From contig CBDDTI010000746.1 in assembly GCA_965233585.1 (NCBI GenBank), positions 32,001 to 96,000 of the forward strand: a stretch of DNA of 64,000 nucleotides, read 5' to 3'. This document shows, piece after piece, positions 11,865-21,851 of the stretch (position 1 is the stretch's first letter; each line of letters begins with the position of its first letter). A model generated the notes under the pieces. That model was not told the origin of the DNA, made no database searches, and worked only from the letters and a program-made list of their open reading frames with translations. The position numbers and the translations under genes are program-made. Source of the stretch: a bacterium (lineage in GTDB: Bacteria; SAR324; NAC60-12).

Positions 11865-12698
11865 ATGAAATTACACTTAATGTCTTTAAATAAAGTGTTT
11901 GCGCTGGTCTTATTGGCATGGTTGTTTTTGGCGGTGTTTCCATTCTTGTGGATGTTTCTTATATCGTTTCGCGAACCCGTGGATGCGTTCTTTAATCCGT
12001 TACAATTATTCCCAAGTTTTACACTAAAACACTACTATGAAATATGGGTAGAAGGCAGTTTTTGGGTGCATTCCCTAAACACTTTATTGGTGACTATTGG
12101 TACGGTCACCATATCCATGACCACAGCTTGTTTTGCAGGATATGCGTTGTCACGGTTTCGTGGGTCGTTGGGGTTTTGGTTGTTAATCGTAGCCTTGGTG
12201 TTCCGTGCGATGCCATATGTGGTACTACTGACTTCTTATCAACCAGCGTTCTTGGAACTTGGGATTTGGAACCGTTATGAAACACTGATTATCGTGCTAG
12301 TAGCCATTAACCAACCCTTCACTATTTGGATGTTACGTGCGTTCTTTATGGGTATTCCCCAAGAACTAGACGAAGCTGCACAGGTGGACGGCTGTACACC
12401 ATTTCAAACTTTCTACCAAGTGATTGTACCCGTGATGTGGCCAGGGGTGATCACGGCGGGGCTGTTTTCCGTGTTACTGGCGTATAACGACTTTATGATT
12501 TCATCACAACTGATGAATGGGGACAAAATGACTATGACTGCAGCATTAGCAAACTACATGCGAGCCGATGATGATGTACAAAAACTCATGCAAGGCATTG
12601 CTGGTGCTGTCTCCATTTGTATTCCACTGATTATCCTCATCGTCATATTCCAAAAACGCCTTGTATCAGGATTGGTGCAGGGGGCTATTAAAGGATAG
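11865..12698 (+). CDS. carbohydrate ABC transporter permease (MalG-like)
   Basis: IPQELDEAAQVDG; C-terminal GLVQGAIKG. Confidence 0.93.
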   Translation: MKLHLMSLNKVFALVLLAWLFLAVFPFLWMFLISFREPVDAFFNPLQLFPSFTLKHYYEIWVEGSFWVHSLNTLLVTIGTVTISMTTACFAGYALSRFRGSLGFWLLIVALVFRAMPYVVLLTSYQPAFLELGIWNRYETLIIVLVAINQPFTIWMLRAFFMGIPQELDEAAQVDGCTPFQTFYQVIVPVMWPGVITAGLFSVLLAYNDFMISSQLMNGDKMTMTAALANYMRADDDVQKLMQGIAGAVSICIPLIILIVIFQKRLVSGLVQGAIKG

Positions 12699-12879
12699 TG
12701 TCACCCTATACAAAAAAATCTATTATTTTGAGTATAGATCTTAAACTCTAATTTTGAATCTTCTCTTAACCGAGAAAAGATCTTTGATCTTTGCAAACCT
12801 GCAAATTGAAAACACCTTTGACAATCATTTTTCTAAACTCAATATTGATGTGAGCGATCTATGCCAGCCCCTAGAAAAG

Positions 12880-13575
12880 ATGTCAGGAGAATTAATTTTA
12901 ATCTCAACCCCGATAGGTCATTTAGAAGACATGACCCTTCGTTCAATCAGAGTGCTTGAGGAACTTGATGCCCTAGCATGTGAAGACACCCGTCAGACTA
13001 AAAAAATCTTTCAAAGACACCAGCTGACACTACCACCACTTGTCTTTTCCTACCATGAACACAATGAAAGACCAGCAGGAAGAAAAATTATAGATTTACT
13101 TGAAAAAGGCAAAAGAGTTGGTTTGTGTAGCGATGCAGGGACTCCCACAATTAGCGACCCTGGTTACAGAATTGTTGTTGATGCAATCCACGCTAAACAT
13201 GTTGTCACATCATTACCGGGGGCATCAGCAGTCATAGTTGCCTTGTCTCTTTCAGGGCTTTCCACTTCTAGCTTCACGTTCAAAGGCTTTCCCCCAAGAA
13301 AGCAAGGGAAGTTGACCCAATTCATTGAACAAGAAAAAGAATCTGTCCATTCATTAGTCTTTTTTGAGTCTCCTTATCGGGTAATCCGTTTTTTAGAAAT
13401 TGCAAGAGAATTGCTAGAAGATAGAAAAGTCGCAGTTTGTTTGGAATTAACAAAGAAGTTTGAAAGAGTTTTAAGAGGGAGTTTTTCAGAGGTGATTGAA
13501 CTATTGAAAAGTCAGACAGTCAAAGGAGAGGTCACCATCGTCATTGAAGGGAAAGTGAGGAAGAAGTCAGACTAA
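12880..13575 (+). CDS. rsmI: 16S rRNA C1402 2'-O-methyltransferase
   Basis: STPIGHLEDMTLR, CEDTR, SDAGTPTISDPG, FESPYR; likely ATG at 12880 (track ORF starts at 12754). Confidence 0.95.
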   Translation: MSGELILISTPIGHLEDMTLRSIRVLEELDALACEDTRQTKKIFQRHQLTLPPLVFSYHEHNERPAGRKIIDLLEKGKRVGLCSDAGTPTISDPGYRIVVDAIHAKHVVTSLPGASAVIVALSLSGLSTSSFTFKGFPPRKQGKLTQFIEQEKESVHSLVFFESPYRVIRFLEIARELLEDRKVAVCLELTKKFERVLRGSFSEVIELLKSQTVKGEVTIVIEGKVRKKSD

Positions 13576-13603
13576 TCAAGTTTTAGACCATAAGACTTGT
13601 CAG

Positions 13604-14161
13604 CTAATATTTCTTGGGTTGGTTTGCTTGATCAATGGCAGTGATGACTCTGTGTTTGGCTTCTTCAACACTGATGTTGCTGGTGTCAATCACAATGTCA
13701 AAATGCTTTAAATCGTAGATGTCCACCTTGTAAAGATTCAGAAAATTTTTCTGTAATTGACTCATACGTTTCAAAGTCGCTTGAAGGGACTCTTCGTAGG
13801 TTTTGGCAGATTCAGTTTGTCGCTTGGCTTCAAAAATTCGTCTCGCAGCGATTTCAGTTTGACATTGTAGGAAGATTTTGAGGGCATCTTTGGCAAACCA
13901 AAAACCGATGTGAGCATCTAACACAAAGTTTTCAGAATTTTGCGCATACTGACGTTGTTGCTCGTCCACCTCCAAATCTATCTCTGGGTGAAAAGAAACG
14001 TATTCTACTAGGAATTGAGTGACATCACGGAAGCCGTAATCTTTTGCCATTTCACGCATAAAGTCTCCTGTGGAACGTTCATCAAGACCATAATGCTTGG
14101 CAAGAGTTTCTTTGATTGATGATTTTCCTGAACCCGGTACCCCAGAAAGTGTGATTTTCAT
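13604..14161 (-). CDS. cmk: cytidylate kinase, short archaeal-like type
   Basis: ITLSGVPGSGKSS P-loop, STGDFMREMA, YKVDIYDLKHFDIVIDTS. Confidence 0.75.
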   Translation of the reverse strand: MKITLSGVPGSGKSSIKETLAKHYGLDERSTGDFMREMAKDYGFRDVTQFLVEYVSFHPEIDLEVDEQQRQYAQNSENFVLDAHIGFWFAKDALKIFLQCQTEIAARRIFEAKRQTESAKTYEESLQATLKRMSQLQKNFLNLYKVDIYDLKHFDIVIDTSNISVEEAKHRVITAIDQANQPKKY

Positions 14162-14164
14162 AGC

Positions 14165-15055
14165 TTATTCAATATTGCTCAACTGCTCTTTTATTTTTTC
14201 CAATTCTGATTTAACAGCAACTACCAGTATAGAAACTTCAGCCGATTGTGTTTTTGATGCAATGGTGTTGATTTCTCGGAGGCATTCTTGAGTTAAAAAA
14301 CCTGCTTGTTTGCCACTTTCGGGGGACTGAAAGAGTGTCTCAAAGTGATGAAAATGTGCGTCAAGTCGTGCCAGTTCCTCACTAATATCTTTTTTTTCTG
14401 CAAATAGTGCGACTTCCTGTGCCAGTAATCTCGTGTCAATGTCAGTATTTTGTGAATCGGATAAGAGTTTTTGCAAGTTTTTTTCAAGTTTCTCTAAGTA
14501 AAGTTGAGGCAGATTTTTTGCGATTTCTTGAATTTCTTGGACATGGCTGCTTGCTGTTGCAAGATGCTGTTGTAGGGACTCTAGCAAAATTTTGCCCTCA
14601 TGCTGTCTCATTTCGTTCCATGTAATGAGTGCCTGCTCTAAAGTTCGGTTTGCCAAGTCCTGAGACGTCTCTTCTTCTAAAGTTTGCTCCTGATAAGTAA
14701 CGATTTGCTGATGTTTCAAATCACTCCATCTGACTTGAATTTTTTGATCTAAAATGGTTTCTAGTTTGACTAAATCCGATTTGAATTTTTTGGCAATATC
14801 TGTGTTAATTTGCATGGTTTTTGTACCTGTTTGTTCCAAGTGGTTGATACAGACAGAGCAATCAATTCTGCCACGTCTGGCATAGCTTTGAATGGTTTGT
14901 CTAAACAACCTTTCTTGCCCTTGAAGCTGAGAAGGAAGATGAATGTTAATTTCCAAAAATCTGCTGTTCACTGACCGAATGTCAACTGAACAACTCCATT
15001 GTTCCCATGTCTCCTGTGCTGTACCGCACCCTGTCATTGAAGTGATTTGAGTCAT
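14165..15055 (-). CDS. yicC: YicC/YloC family endoribonuclease
   Basis: SMTGCG, RSVNSRFLE, DISEELARL..H, RE.NTIASK, EKIKEQLSNIE. Confidence 0.92.
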   Translation of the reverse strand: MTQITSMTGCGTAQETWEQWSCSVDIRSVNSRFLEINIHLPSQLQGQERLFRQTIQSYARRGRIDCSVCINHLEQTGTKTMQINTDIAKKFKSDLVKLETILDQKIQVRWSDLKHQQIVTYQEQTLEEETSQDLANRTLEQALITWNEMRQHEGKILLESLQQHLATASSHVQEIQEIAKNLPQLYLEKLEKNLQKLLSDSQNTDIDTRLLAQEVALFAEKKDISEELARLDAHFHHFETLFQSPESGKQAGFLTQECLREINTIASKTQSAEVSILVVAVKSELEKIKEQLSNIE

Positions 15056-15317
15056 ATTTGATTTGAATGTTGTCAACTAAAAACAAGTTCCTAAATCGGG
15101 GAACAAGTTGCATAGATAATCTTTGGCTTTAGACGATTTCTGTTGATTTAGACAGGGAAAATACTATATCATGGCTTGTTTTGATTTTTCCAGAGTTGTT
15201 GGATCAAACATCATCGTTAGCAGTAAAGTCTTGGTCAAAATGGCAGTTGCTGGAAAATAAAACCAACGGCATCGGCTGACTGATTTCTCAAACACTTGAA
15301 GCACAGGAGAACAAAAA

Positions 15318-15932
15318 ATGAGACTAAAAGCAGTGGTTTTTGATTATGGTTGTGTCCTGTGTTTTGACATGAATCCCGAAGTGATGCAGGCAATGCAAGC
15401 CATCTGTCAAATTCAAGATTTTTCTGAAAACTATTGGAAACACCGACCTGATTATGATGCGGGATTCACTTCTGAAAAAGAGTATTGGAATCTCATTGTT
15501 TCAAAATCTCAAATGTCTCTAAAAGATGAAGATTTGCAAAAATTGACCTCTTTAGACAATCAAGGCTGGTGCAACCATAATGAACAAATGTGGCAATGGC
15601 TTGAATTGCTCAAAGAAAACGGTTTAAAAATAGGGCTGCTTTCTAACATGGGCAATGGCACGCGAAACTATCTTGAAAAGCATTTTCCCCGAAAAATGTC
15701 TCTTTTCCATCACAAAACCTTTTCATGTGATGTGAAAGTGAACAAACCCGAAGACGCCATTTATCAACATTGTTTGCAAGGTCTTCAAGTGAACCCAGAA
15801 GAAGCATTGTTCCTTGATGACCGTGAAGAAAATATCATTGCCGCAAACAAATTAGGGATCCATACCATTCACTTTAGCACTGCTGAAAATTGCTTTGCAC
15901 AAATCCAACAATATCAACTGCCAAAATTGTAG
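15318..15932 (+). CDS. HAD family phosphatase
   Basis: FDYGCVL motif I, LLSN, KP, FLDD. Confidence 0.9.
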   Translation: MRLKAVVFDYGCVLCFDMNPEVMQAMQAICQIQDFSENYWKHRPDYDAGFTSEKEYWNLIVSKSQMSLKDEDLQKLTSLDNQGWCNHNEQMWQWLELLKENGLKIGLLSNMGNGTRNYLEKHFPRKMSLFHHKTFSCDVKVNKPEDAIYQHCLQGLQVNPEEALFLDDREENIIAANKLGIHTIHFSTAENCFAQIQQYQLPKL

Positions 15933-16059
15933 ATTCAGGTTGTAATTTTGAAAACCCAACTTCTTCTCAAAAAATTGACTTCTTTTTTAACTTGCAACAT
16001 TTGACCAAAAAACATAGACTGCACTCCTTCTGTCCAACTTTTTTGTTTCTAAAATTCTT

Positions 16060-17217
16060 ATGACGATTGTTCCCGTACTTTCATCAGACCTAGATGCTGC
16101 AGAAGTTTCTTGGTTTGCTCCTCTTTGCTCTGATGATTATCGTTACCTCGGTTTTCCAGAAGGCAAATATCGCTCTAGCTGGGAAAATACATCGGCAGTG
16201 GTACAAACCGCTGAGAAGTTAGGGTTTCGCAACATTTTATGTCCTTCTTCCTATCAGGTTGGGCAAGACACAGTGAGCTTTGTTGCGGCAAATGCCCCGC
16301 TGACTAACAAAATCAATATGTTGTTAGCTGTGCGTTGTGGAGAGTTACACCCAATCATGCTGGCAAGAACAGTTGCGACTTTAGACCATCTTTTGAAGGG
16401 AAGGTTGACGGTCAACATTATTTCTTCCGATTTCCCCGGTCAAAAGGAATCAAGCCCTTATCGTTACAGACGTTCTCGTGAGACTGTAGAAATTTTAAAG
16501 CAAGCGTGGACACAAGACAAAATTCATTATCAAGGAGAGGTGTATCAGTTTGAGGGTTTAGACACTGACCCTGCCCAACCTTATCAGCAAAATGGAGGAC
16601 CTCTTTTGTATTTTGGTGGTTACTCTCCTGATGCCCTAGACCTTTGTGCAAGGCATTGTGATGTTTACCTGATGTGGCCTGAAAAAAAGGAGCAGCTGAC
16701 AGAACGTATGAAGGCAGTCCATGACTTAGCCAAAAACTATGGACGTGTTTTAGACTACGGCTTGAGAGTCCACATGATTGTGAGAGACACCGAAGCGGAG
16801 GCTCGTGAATATGCACGCGAATTGGTAAGTAAACTTGACGAAGAACAGGGCAAATCCATTCGTGAACGTGCTTTAGATGCTCAATCTTTGGGTGTTTCAC
16901 ATCAATCCCAAAATCGTGAAGTTGCCGATGATGAGGGCTATATTGAGCCGCATTTATGGACAGGTGTGGGTCGTGCAAGGTCAGGTTGTGGAGCCGCTTT
17001 GGTTGGCTCTACTGACCAAATCTTGACCCAAATTGAAGACTATCAAAAAATGGGGATTCGTGCTTTTATCTTCTCAGGCTACCCGCATTTAGCAGAATGC
17101 CAGTCTTTTGGGCAACGTGTGCTACCTCAACTTAAAACCTGCTCATTGCCTCACGTCTACGGTCGTGTCCCCTCAGAATTACCCAAAACCCCTCTTGCTG
17201 TTGGAGAAAGAAAATGA
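16060..17217 (+). CDS. LLM-class flavin-dependent monooxygenase (SsuD-like)
   Basis: AEKLGF, ATLDHLLKGRL, YFGGYS, LWTGVGRARSGCGAALVGS. Confidence 0.88.
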   Translation: MTIVPVLSSDLDAAEVSWFAPLCSDDYRYLGFPEGKYRSSWENTSAVVQTAEKLGFRNILCPSSYQVGQDTVSFVAANAPLTNKINMLLAVRCGELHPIMLARTVATLDHLLKGRLTVNIISSDFPGQKESSPYRYRRSRETVEILKQAWTQDKIHYQGEVYQFEGLDTDPAQPYQQNGGPLLYFGGYSPDALDLCARHCDVYLMWPEKKEQLTERMKAVHDLAKNYGRVLDYGLRVHMIVRDTEAEAREYARELVSKLDEEQGKSIRERALDAQSLGVSHQSQNREVADDEGYIEPHLWTGVGRARSGCGAALVGSTDQILTQIEDYQKMGIRAFIFSGYPHLAECQSFGQRVLPQLKTCSLPHVYGRVPSELPKTPLAVGERK

Positions 17218-18119
17218 TGAAACGTGTTCAAATGACTCAAGACCTAAGTTTCAGCCGTCTAGTTTACGGAATGTGGAGACTTGCTGATGACACAGACACC
17301 AGCCCCGCACACATTCAAGCCAAAGTAGAAGCCTGCCTTGCACAAGGCATCACGACCATAGACCAAGCTGATATTTATGGGAATTATCAATCCCAAGTCA
17401 TTTTTGGAAAAGCCTTGAAAGATGCACCATCTTTGAGAAAGCAGATTGAAATTGTGAGCAAATGTGACATTGCAATCACCTCAGAAAAGTATCCTGAAAG
17501 ACGCCTCAAATACTATGACACAACGCCTGACTATCTCAATCATTCTGTGGATAATTCTCTAAAAGATATGGCAATAGACCAGCTGGATTTGTTCCTAATT
17601 CATCGCCCTGACCCGCTGATGGATCATCAGGCAACAGGTCAGGCACTTGATGATTTAGTGAAAAGTGGTAAGGTGAAAGCAGTTGGCGTATCTAATTTTA
17701 AGCCGTATGATTGGGAACTTTTGCAGTCTGGAATGAACACCCCGTTAGTCACCAATCAAATTGAAATGAGTGTTGTAGAGCATCACCCTTTGACGAATGG
17801 AGAAGTTGCCTTTCATCAAAGAAAAAAGACTCCTCTGATGGCTTGGTCTCCTTTGGCAGGAGGAGTGTTATTTGACGAGGCAAGACAGGATTTGAAAGAC
17901 TTGAGGGCTGTCTTGTCCCGTATTGCCAAAGAACAAGACGTAGAGTTGTCCAATGTAGCTATTGCTTGGCTTTTACATCACCCTGTTTGCATTTTACCTG
18001 TGCTTGGGACCAACAGCCTCAAACGTATCCAAAGCATTTCTGACGCTCTCAAAGTATCTTTTGACCGCCAAACATGGTTTGAAGTTTACACAGCCTCGCT
18101 TGGAAGAGACATTGCTTAA
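17214..18119 (+). CDS. aldo/keto reductase (YdhF-like)
   Basis: YGMWRL, DQADIYG, IHRPDPL, GVSNF; overlaps the upstream stop (ATGA). Confidence 0.9.
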   Translation: MMKRVQMTQDLSFSRLVYGMWRLADDTDTSPAHIQAKVEACLAQGITTIDQADIYGNYQSQVIFGKALKDAPSLRKQIEIVSKCDIAITSEKYPERRLKYYDTTPDYLNHSVDNSLKDMAIDQLDLFLIHRPDPLMDHQATGQALDDLVKSGKVKAVGVSNFKPYDWELLQSGMNTPLVTNQIEMSVVEHHPLTNGEVAFHQRKKTPLMAWSPLAGGVLFDEARQDLKDLRAVLSRIAKEQDVELSNVAIAWLLHHPVCILPVLGTNSLKRIQSISDALKVSFDRQTWFEVYTASLGRDIA

Positions 18120-18126
18120 CCCAATC

Positions 18127-18398
18127 GTCATTCTGTGCTTGATGCGGAATCCATCAGCAGTTAGATGATAGATTCCTGCTTCCGCTCCGAATGACAAAAA
18201 AAGAGGCAAGAATGACCAAAGACAACATGCAACCTTCCCAGTCATTCCGCACTTGATGCGGAATCTCTCACCAAACCAAGCATGGATTACTAACATGACT
18301 GGATTCCTGCTTCCGCTTCGAATGACAAAAAAAGAGGCAAGAATGACCAAATGCAACACAGCAAAATCCTCCTGTCATTGCGGGCTTGACCCGCAATC
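18127..18398. repeat. mosaic of GTCAT-type palindromic repeats
   Basis: GTCATTCTGTGCTTGATGCGGAATCC (18127), GTCATTCCGCACTTGATGCGGAATCT (18241), two GATTCCTGCTTCCGCTYCGAATGAC, GTCATTGCGGGCTTGACCCGCAATC (18374); internal direct duplication. Confidence 0.85.
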
Positions 18399-18507
18399 TC
18401 AAACTTCCATCTTCAAAAAAAACTTATTTTCAAAAGGCTCAACCCGCTTGTTTCTTTGCTTTTTTGCTCCACTCATCAAAAATAATTAAAAAAGATGATT
18501 TTAAAAG

Positions 18508-18537
18508 TTGCATTTGTTTTGAATGGTATGCTAGAAT
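18508..18537 (+). promoter_or_regulatory. sigma70-type promoter with extended -10
   Basis: TTGCAT-18 nt-TAGAAT with TGn before the -10; upstream of the AAGGAG RBS of 18591. Confidence 0.5.
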
Positions 18538-18590
18538 CGTAACCTTCTTTTTTGTTCGTTCTCATTTAACATTTATCAAAGGAGTTTTTT

Positions 18591-19829
18591 ATGTTAGAAC
18601 AAATCAGATCCATTCAAACCCTTTTTGTCAGGGGGGTGGCTTTTTATGACAAATCAATCGTTTTCTTGACAATGCTTGTCTTGGCAGGTTGTGTTCCGCC
18701 AGGGGAAGAGGAGAAAGAAGATGGACTTGCCAGCAACATCAAGTGCGAGGTGGACTCTAGCGAATCTGTCACAACAGGTGAGGAACTGGTTGCCAACGTC
18801 GCATGCAACACACCAGAACTTGTTCAAGGCAGAAAATTACAGGTCATTTACGATGAAAGTTTGACCTCTTTGAAGCTAGTTGTGGCAGAAGAAGAAACAA
18901 TCGGGGAAGATGGAAAGTTGACTTACACTTTACCTAATCAAGAACAATTCCAAGCCAAACTGAAGTTAACAGGAGTCGCAGAAGGAGAAGGGAAGGTCAA
19001 GTTCAAAATCTTGAGTCAAAAATCAAACTGGGCGTTCACAGTGGTGAGGGGTGAACCAAAGGCATTTTTGGGTGAGGCTGTTGTCGCATCAGTTTTTACC
19101 AAGATGCAAGATTCATCAGGCAAAGCCTATGGACGTTCAGTGATGCGATTAGACACTTCTGAAACCCTTGTTTCCAATGACGAGGCAGTTTGTAAGGACG
19201 CCCCTTTGAATGCACTGCTTGTCTCATCAGATGACTTTGTCACTTGTGAAAAAGTGTTTGTTCAAAAAGGCGACAACACCAATTATGTCATCATTCCCAA
19301 GCAAACTTGGGCGTTAAACGAAACTTACAAAGTGGCAATCAAAACGGCAAACGGAGGCTCTGCTTTCAATCGTTCTGGCAACCCTGTTTCCTTCTCCACG
19401 AACAATGCCAACCACAAAACCACTGCACACGTCACCAGATTTGATGCAGGGGCAAGACCCAAAGTGTTAGACAATCAATTCCATTTAGAAAAAGATGGAG
19501 AACTTTGGTATTACATCAGCAAAGGTGGGGTGTTAAGTTGGAACCCCACTGAATGCCAAGAGATTAACTACCAAACCACAAGCGATGTCAAGTTTACAAA
19601 TCTTGCCACCAACAATCTATCCGACAGAAAATTTGCTAGATCTCTCGGATTTGAAAGCAGATACATTGCTGGACCTCATCGGTTTGCTGGTTGGGTTACA
19701 GTATTTCGTACCACTTCTGCTCTTGATTCTAGAGGTAGTAGATATAAAGGTTCTGGTGAAAGAGCAGGCAGACATACTTATAAAAAATTTCATTATTTTT
19801 GTTCTGTGAAGATTCCAGAACGTACTTAA
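18591..19829 (+). CDS. putative surface lipoprotein; C-terminal module shared with the 61944 gene
   Basis: Lipobox VLAG-C; KMQDSSGKAYGRSV...FHYFCSVKIPERT aligns by eye with the C-terminus of the 61944 ORF. Confidence 0.7.
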   Translation: MLEQIRSIQTLFVRGVAFYDKSIVFLTMLVLAGCVPPGEEEKEDGLASNIKCEVDSSESVTTGEELVANVACNTPELVQGRKLQVIYDESLTSLKLVVAEEETIGEDGKLTYTLPNQEQFQAKLKLTGVAEGEGKVKFKILSQKSNWAFTVVRGEPKAFLGEAVVASVFTKMQDSSGKAYGRSVMRLDTSETLVSNDEAVCKDAPLNALLVSSDDFVTCEKVFVQKGDNTNYVIIPKQTWALNETYKVAIKTANGGSAFNRSGNPVSFSTNNANHKTTAHVTRFDAGARPKVLDNQFHLEKDGELWYYISKGGVLSWNPTECQEINYQTTSDVKFTNLATNNLSDRKFARSLGFESRYIAGPHRFAGWVTVFRTTSALDSRGSRYKGSGERAGRHTYKKFHYFCSVKIPERT

Positions 19830-19859
19830 ACGTTTTCGTTTCTTTTTTCCTTCCCTTTC

Positions 19860-19997
19860 GTCATTGCGGACTTGACCCGTAATCTCAAACTTTCTCATTT
19901 TAAAAGGGGACGTCCTGCCCCCTTTGTCTTCTTGCCTTTGTTTTCAAACACCATTCCGAGACTTCTACTTGGTCATTGCTCATCTTGACCCGCAATC
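19860..19997. repeat. two GTCATTGC...TTGACCCG.AATC palindromic repeats
   Basis: Copies at 19860 and 19972, same family as 18374. Confidence 0.75.
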
Positions 19998-21091
19998 TCT
20001 ATTTTCCCCTAGTTTCTCCCGTTCCCAAAGGTTCTCTTTTTAAAAATTGCCTCTTCAGCATCTTCTCTTTCTCCTTCTTTCTACATCCTCCCATTCCCAA
20101 ACACATTCTTTTTACAAAAAAGACAAAAATTCCTTAAAAAACCAAAAAATTTCTTCAAAACCCTGAGGCGATGCTTGTTTTTTTTTTGTACGTGCATAGT
20201 ATTAGTTTGATTTTTTACAGAACTCTTGTTTTGAACTTGAAATTTTGTTTTTCTTTCAAGACAAGAGTTTTGCATGACAGCATTCTTTTTGCGGAGTGTT
20301 GTTGTTTGTTGATTTTTTCATTTGTTCATCTTGTTTAATTTTGTTTAATAGCTGAGTTTTTATGCAAAAGCTTATCAAGAACGTTATCGTTCATTTGGCA
20401 AATCATTTTCAGATCATGTCTGGTCTGGAGTTCAAAAACTTTTTCAAATTAGCATCTGTTTGTCTAGTGCTGTCGTTCACTTTGACAGGTTGTGGTTCTG
20501 GAGGAGGAGATAGCGGGGAGGCTTCTCAGGACATTGACAAAGAAGAGCAGTCAGGGACCCAGTGTTTGGGGATTCCCAAAGCGCTGACACAAGGCACTGG
20601 CAATCTGGCGATTTTCAATTCACTAGACACAAACGTCCTACTTTCATATTCCAACGAGCTGACTTCTGACGATGTGATTGCTGTCATTAAAGCCAAGCAA
20701 AATGGAGTGAAGGTGGACATTTCACAACGCACCTCTTCAACAGTCATGGTCTTTGGATTCAAAATGCCAGAAGTTAAGAACTATGTTTCAGCAGGCTGCG
20801 ATGCTTCCCAAATGCCAACTTCTTTTGTGCAAAGTGAGTTTATTCCCACAGCCGAATCTAGTTTTGTACTAGAAGCCAGCAATGAGAAACAAGATTATGG
20901 AACATTGCTGGTCAAAAACAATCGTTCTGGTCTGGTGTCTATTTTTCAAGGGAGTTCACAGAATAAGCAAATCGGAGTGGTTCAGGCTAAGCAGTTTGAC
21001 TATCGGATTCAACTGCCTGTTGGCTACAAGCAGCTGTTGTTCTATCTGCATAAGAAATCGGGGGGCATTGACTTCGAAAATCTTGTCTTTG

Positions 21092-21851
21092 GGCATTGTT
21101 AAGTAATAAGTGATAGCTGATTATTCCGTTTTGCCATGAACAAAAGAACAGAATATTGTAATGCTTTAAGAGACTTGCTGTAACATTTGGTTTTCCTTCT
21201 CATTCTTGCCAAGAAATGTCTCAAGAGAGAATTATACCCTTCTATCGTGTATGTTTCTGCCTTGGAACATGTATGAATTTCTTTGGGAATGACTTGTTTG
21301 TAAGCCTTGCAGTGATCAGTCATCACCTGAAGAGGTTTTGTTTCCTTGACCTTGTCCCATAAATGCCTACAGGCTTTTGAGTCTCTGTTTCCAAGCACAC
21401 AATTGATAAATTGCTTCCCACATCTATCAACAGCAATCCAGAGCCAGCAGTAGTTTTTTTTGACTGGATGTAGGTGTGCATTTCATCAATTTCCATAATT
21501 TCAATGTCTGTGTCCTTTCTTAATGCCTTGAGCTGTTCGCCAAAACTACAGACCCAATTATAAACTGAAACATGAGAACAATTCAGCAAACGACCGATTG
21601 ACCTGAAACCAAGACCCTCCAAATACAACTCTAATGCTCTTCTTTTGATCTGTGGTGAGATTTGACCACGATAGGACTTGGTATATTGATAGTTGCAGGC
21701 ATTGCAACGCCTCCTCGGTTTACCATATAAAAAACCATTCTTAACCGTCTTCTCACTTTCACATCTAGGACACAACTTCATTGCTACACCATGACTATCA
21801 ATTCAATTAAATGAACTTAATATCGCATATCACTTATAGTTTAACAATACC
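21092..21851 (-). mobile_element. IS1-family insertion sequence, 760 bp
   Basis: Terminal IRs GGCATTGTTAA / TTAACAATACC; 8-bp TSD TGTCTTTG at 21084-21091 and 21852-21859. Confidence 0.95.
21099..21781 (-). CDS. IS1 transposase, InsA/InsB joined by programmed -1 frameshift
   Basis: Zn ribbon CPRC..CNAC and HTH, EIDEMHTY, then TDHCKAY and IEGYNSLLRH; A8C slippery run at 21453-21461 on the minus strand. Confidence 0.9.

Noticed and set aside
17962..18649. Short ORFs across the palindromic repeat cluster
   Set aside because: Translations such as FRIKCGMT and CGLDPQS are read-throughs of the DNA palindromes
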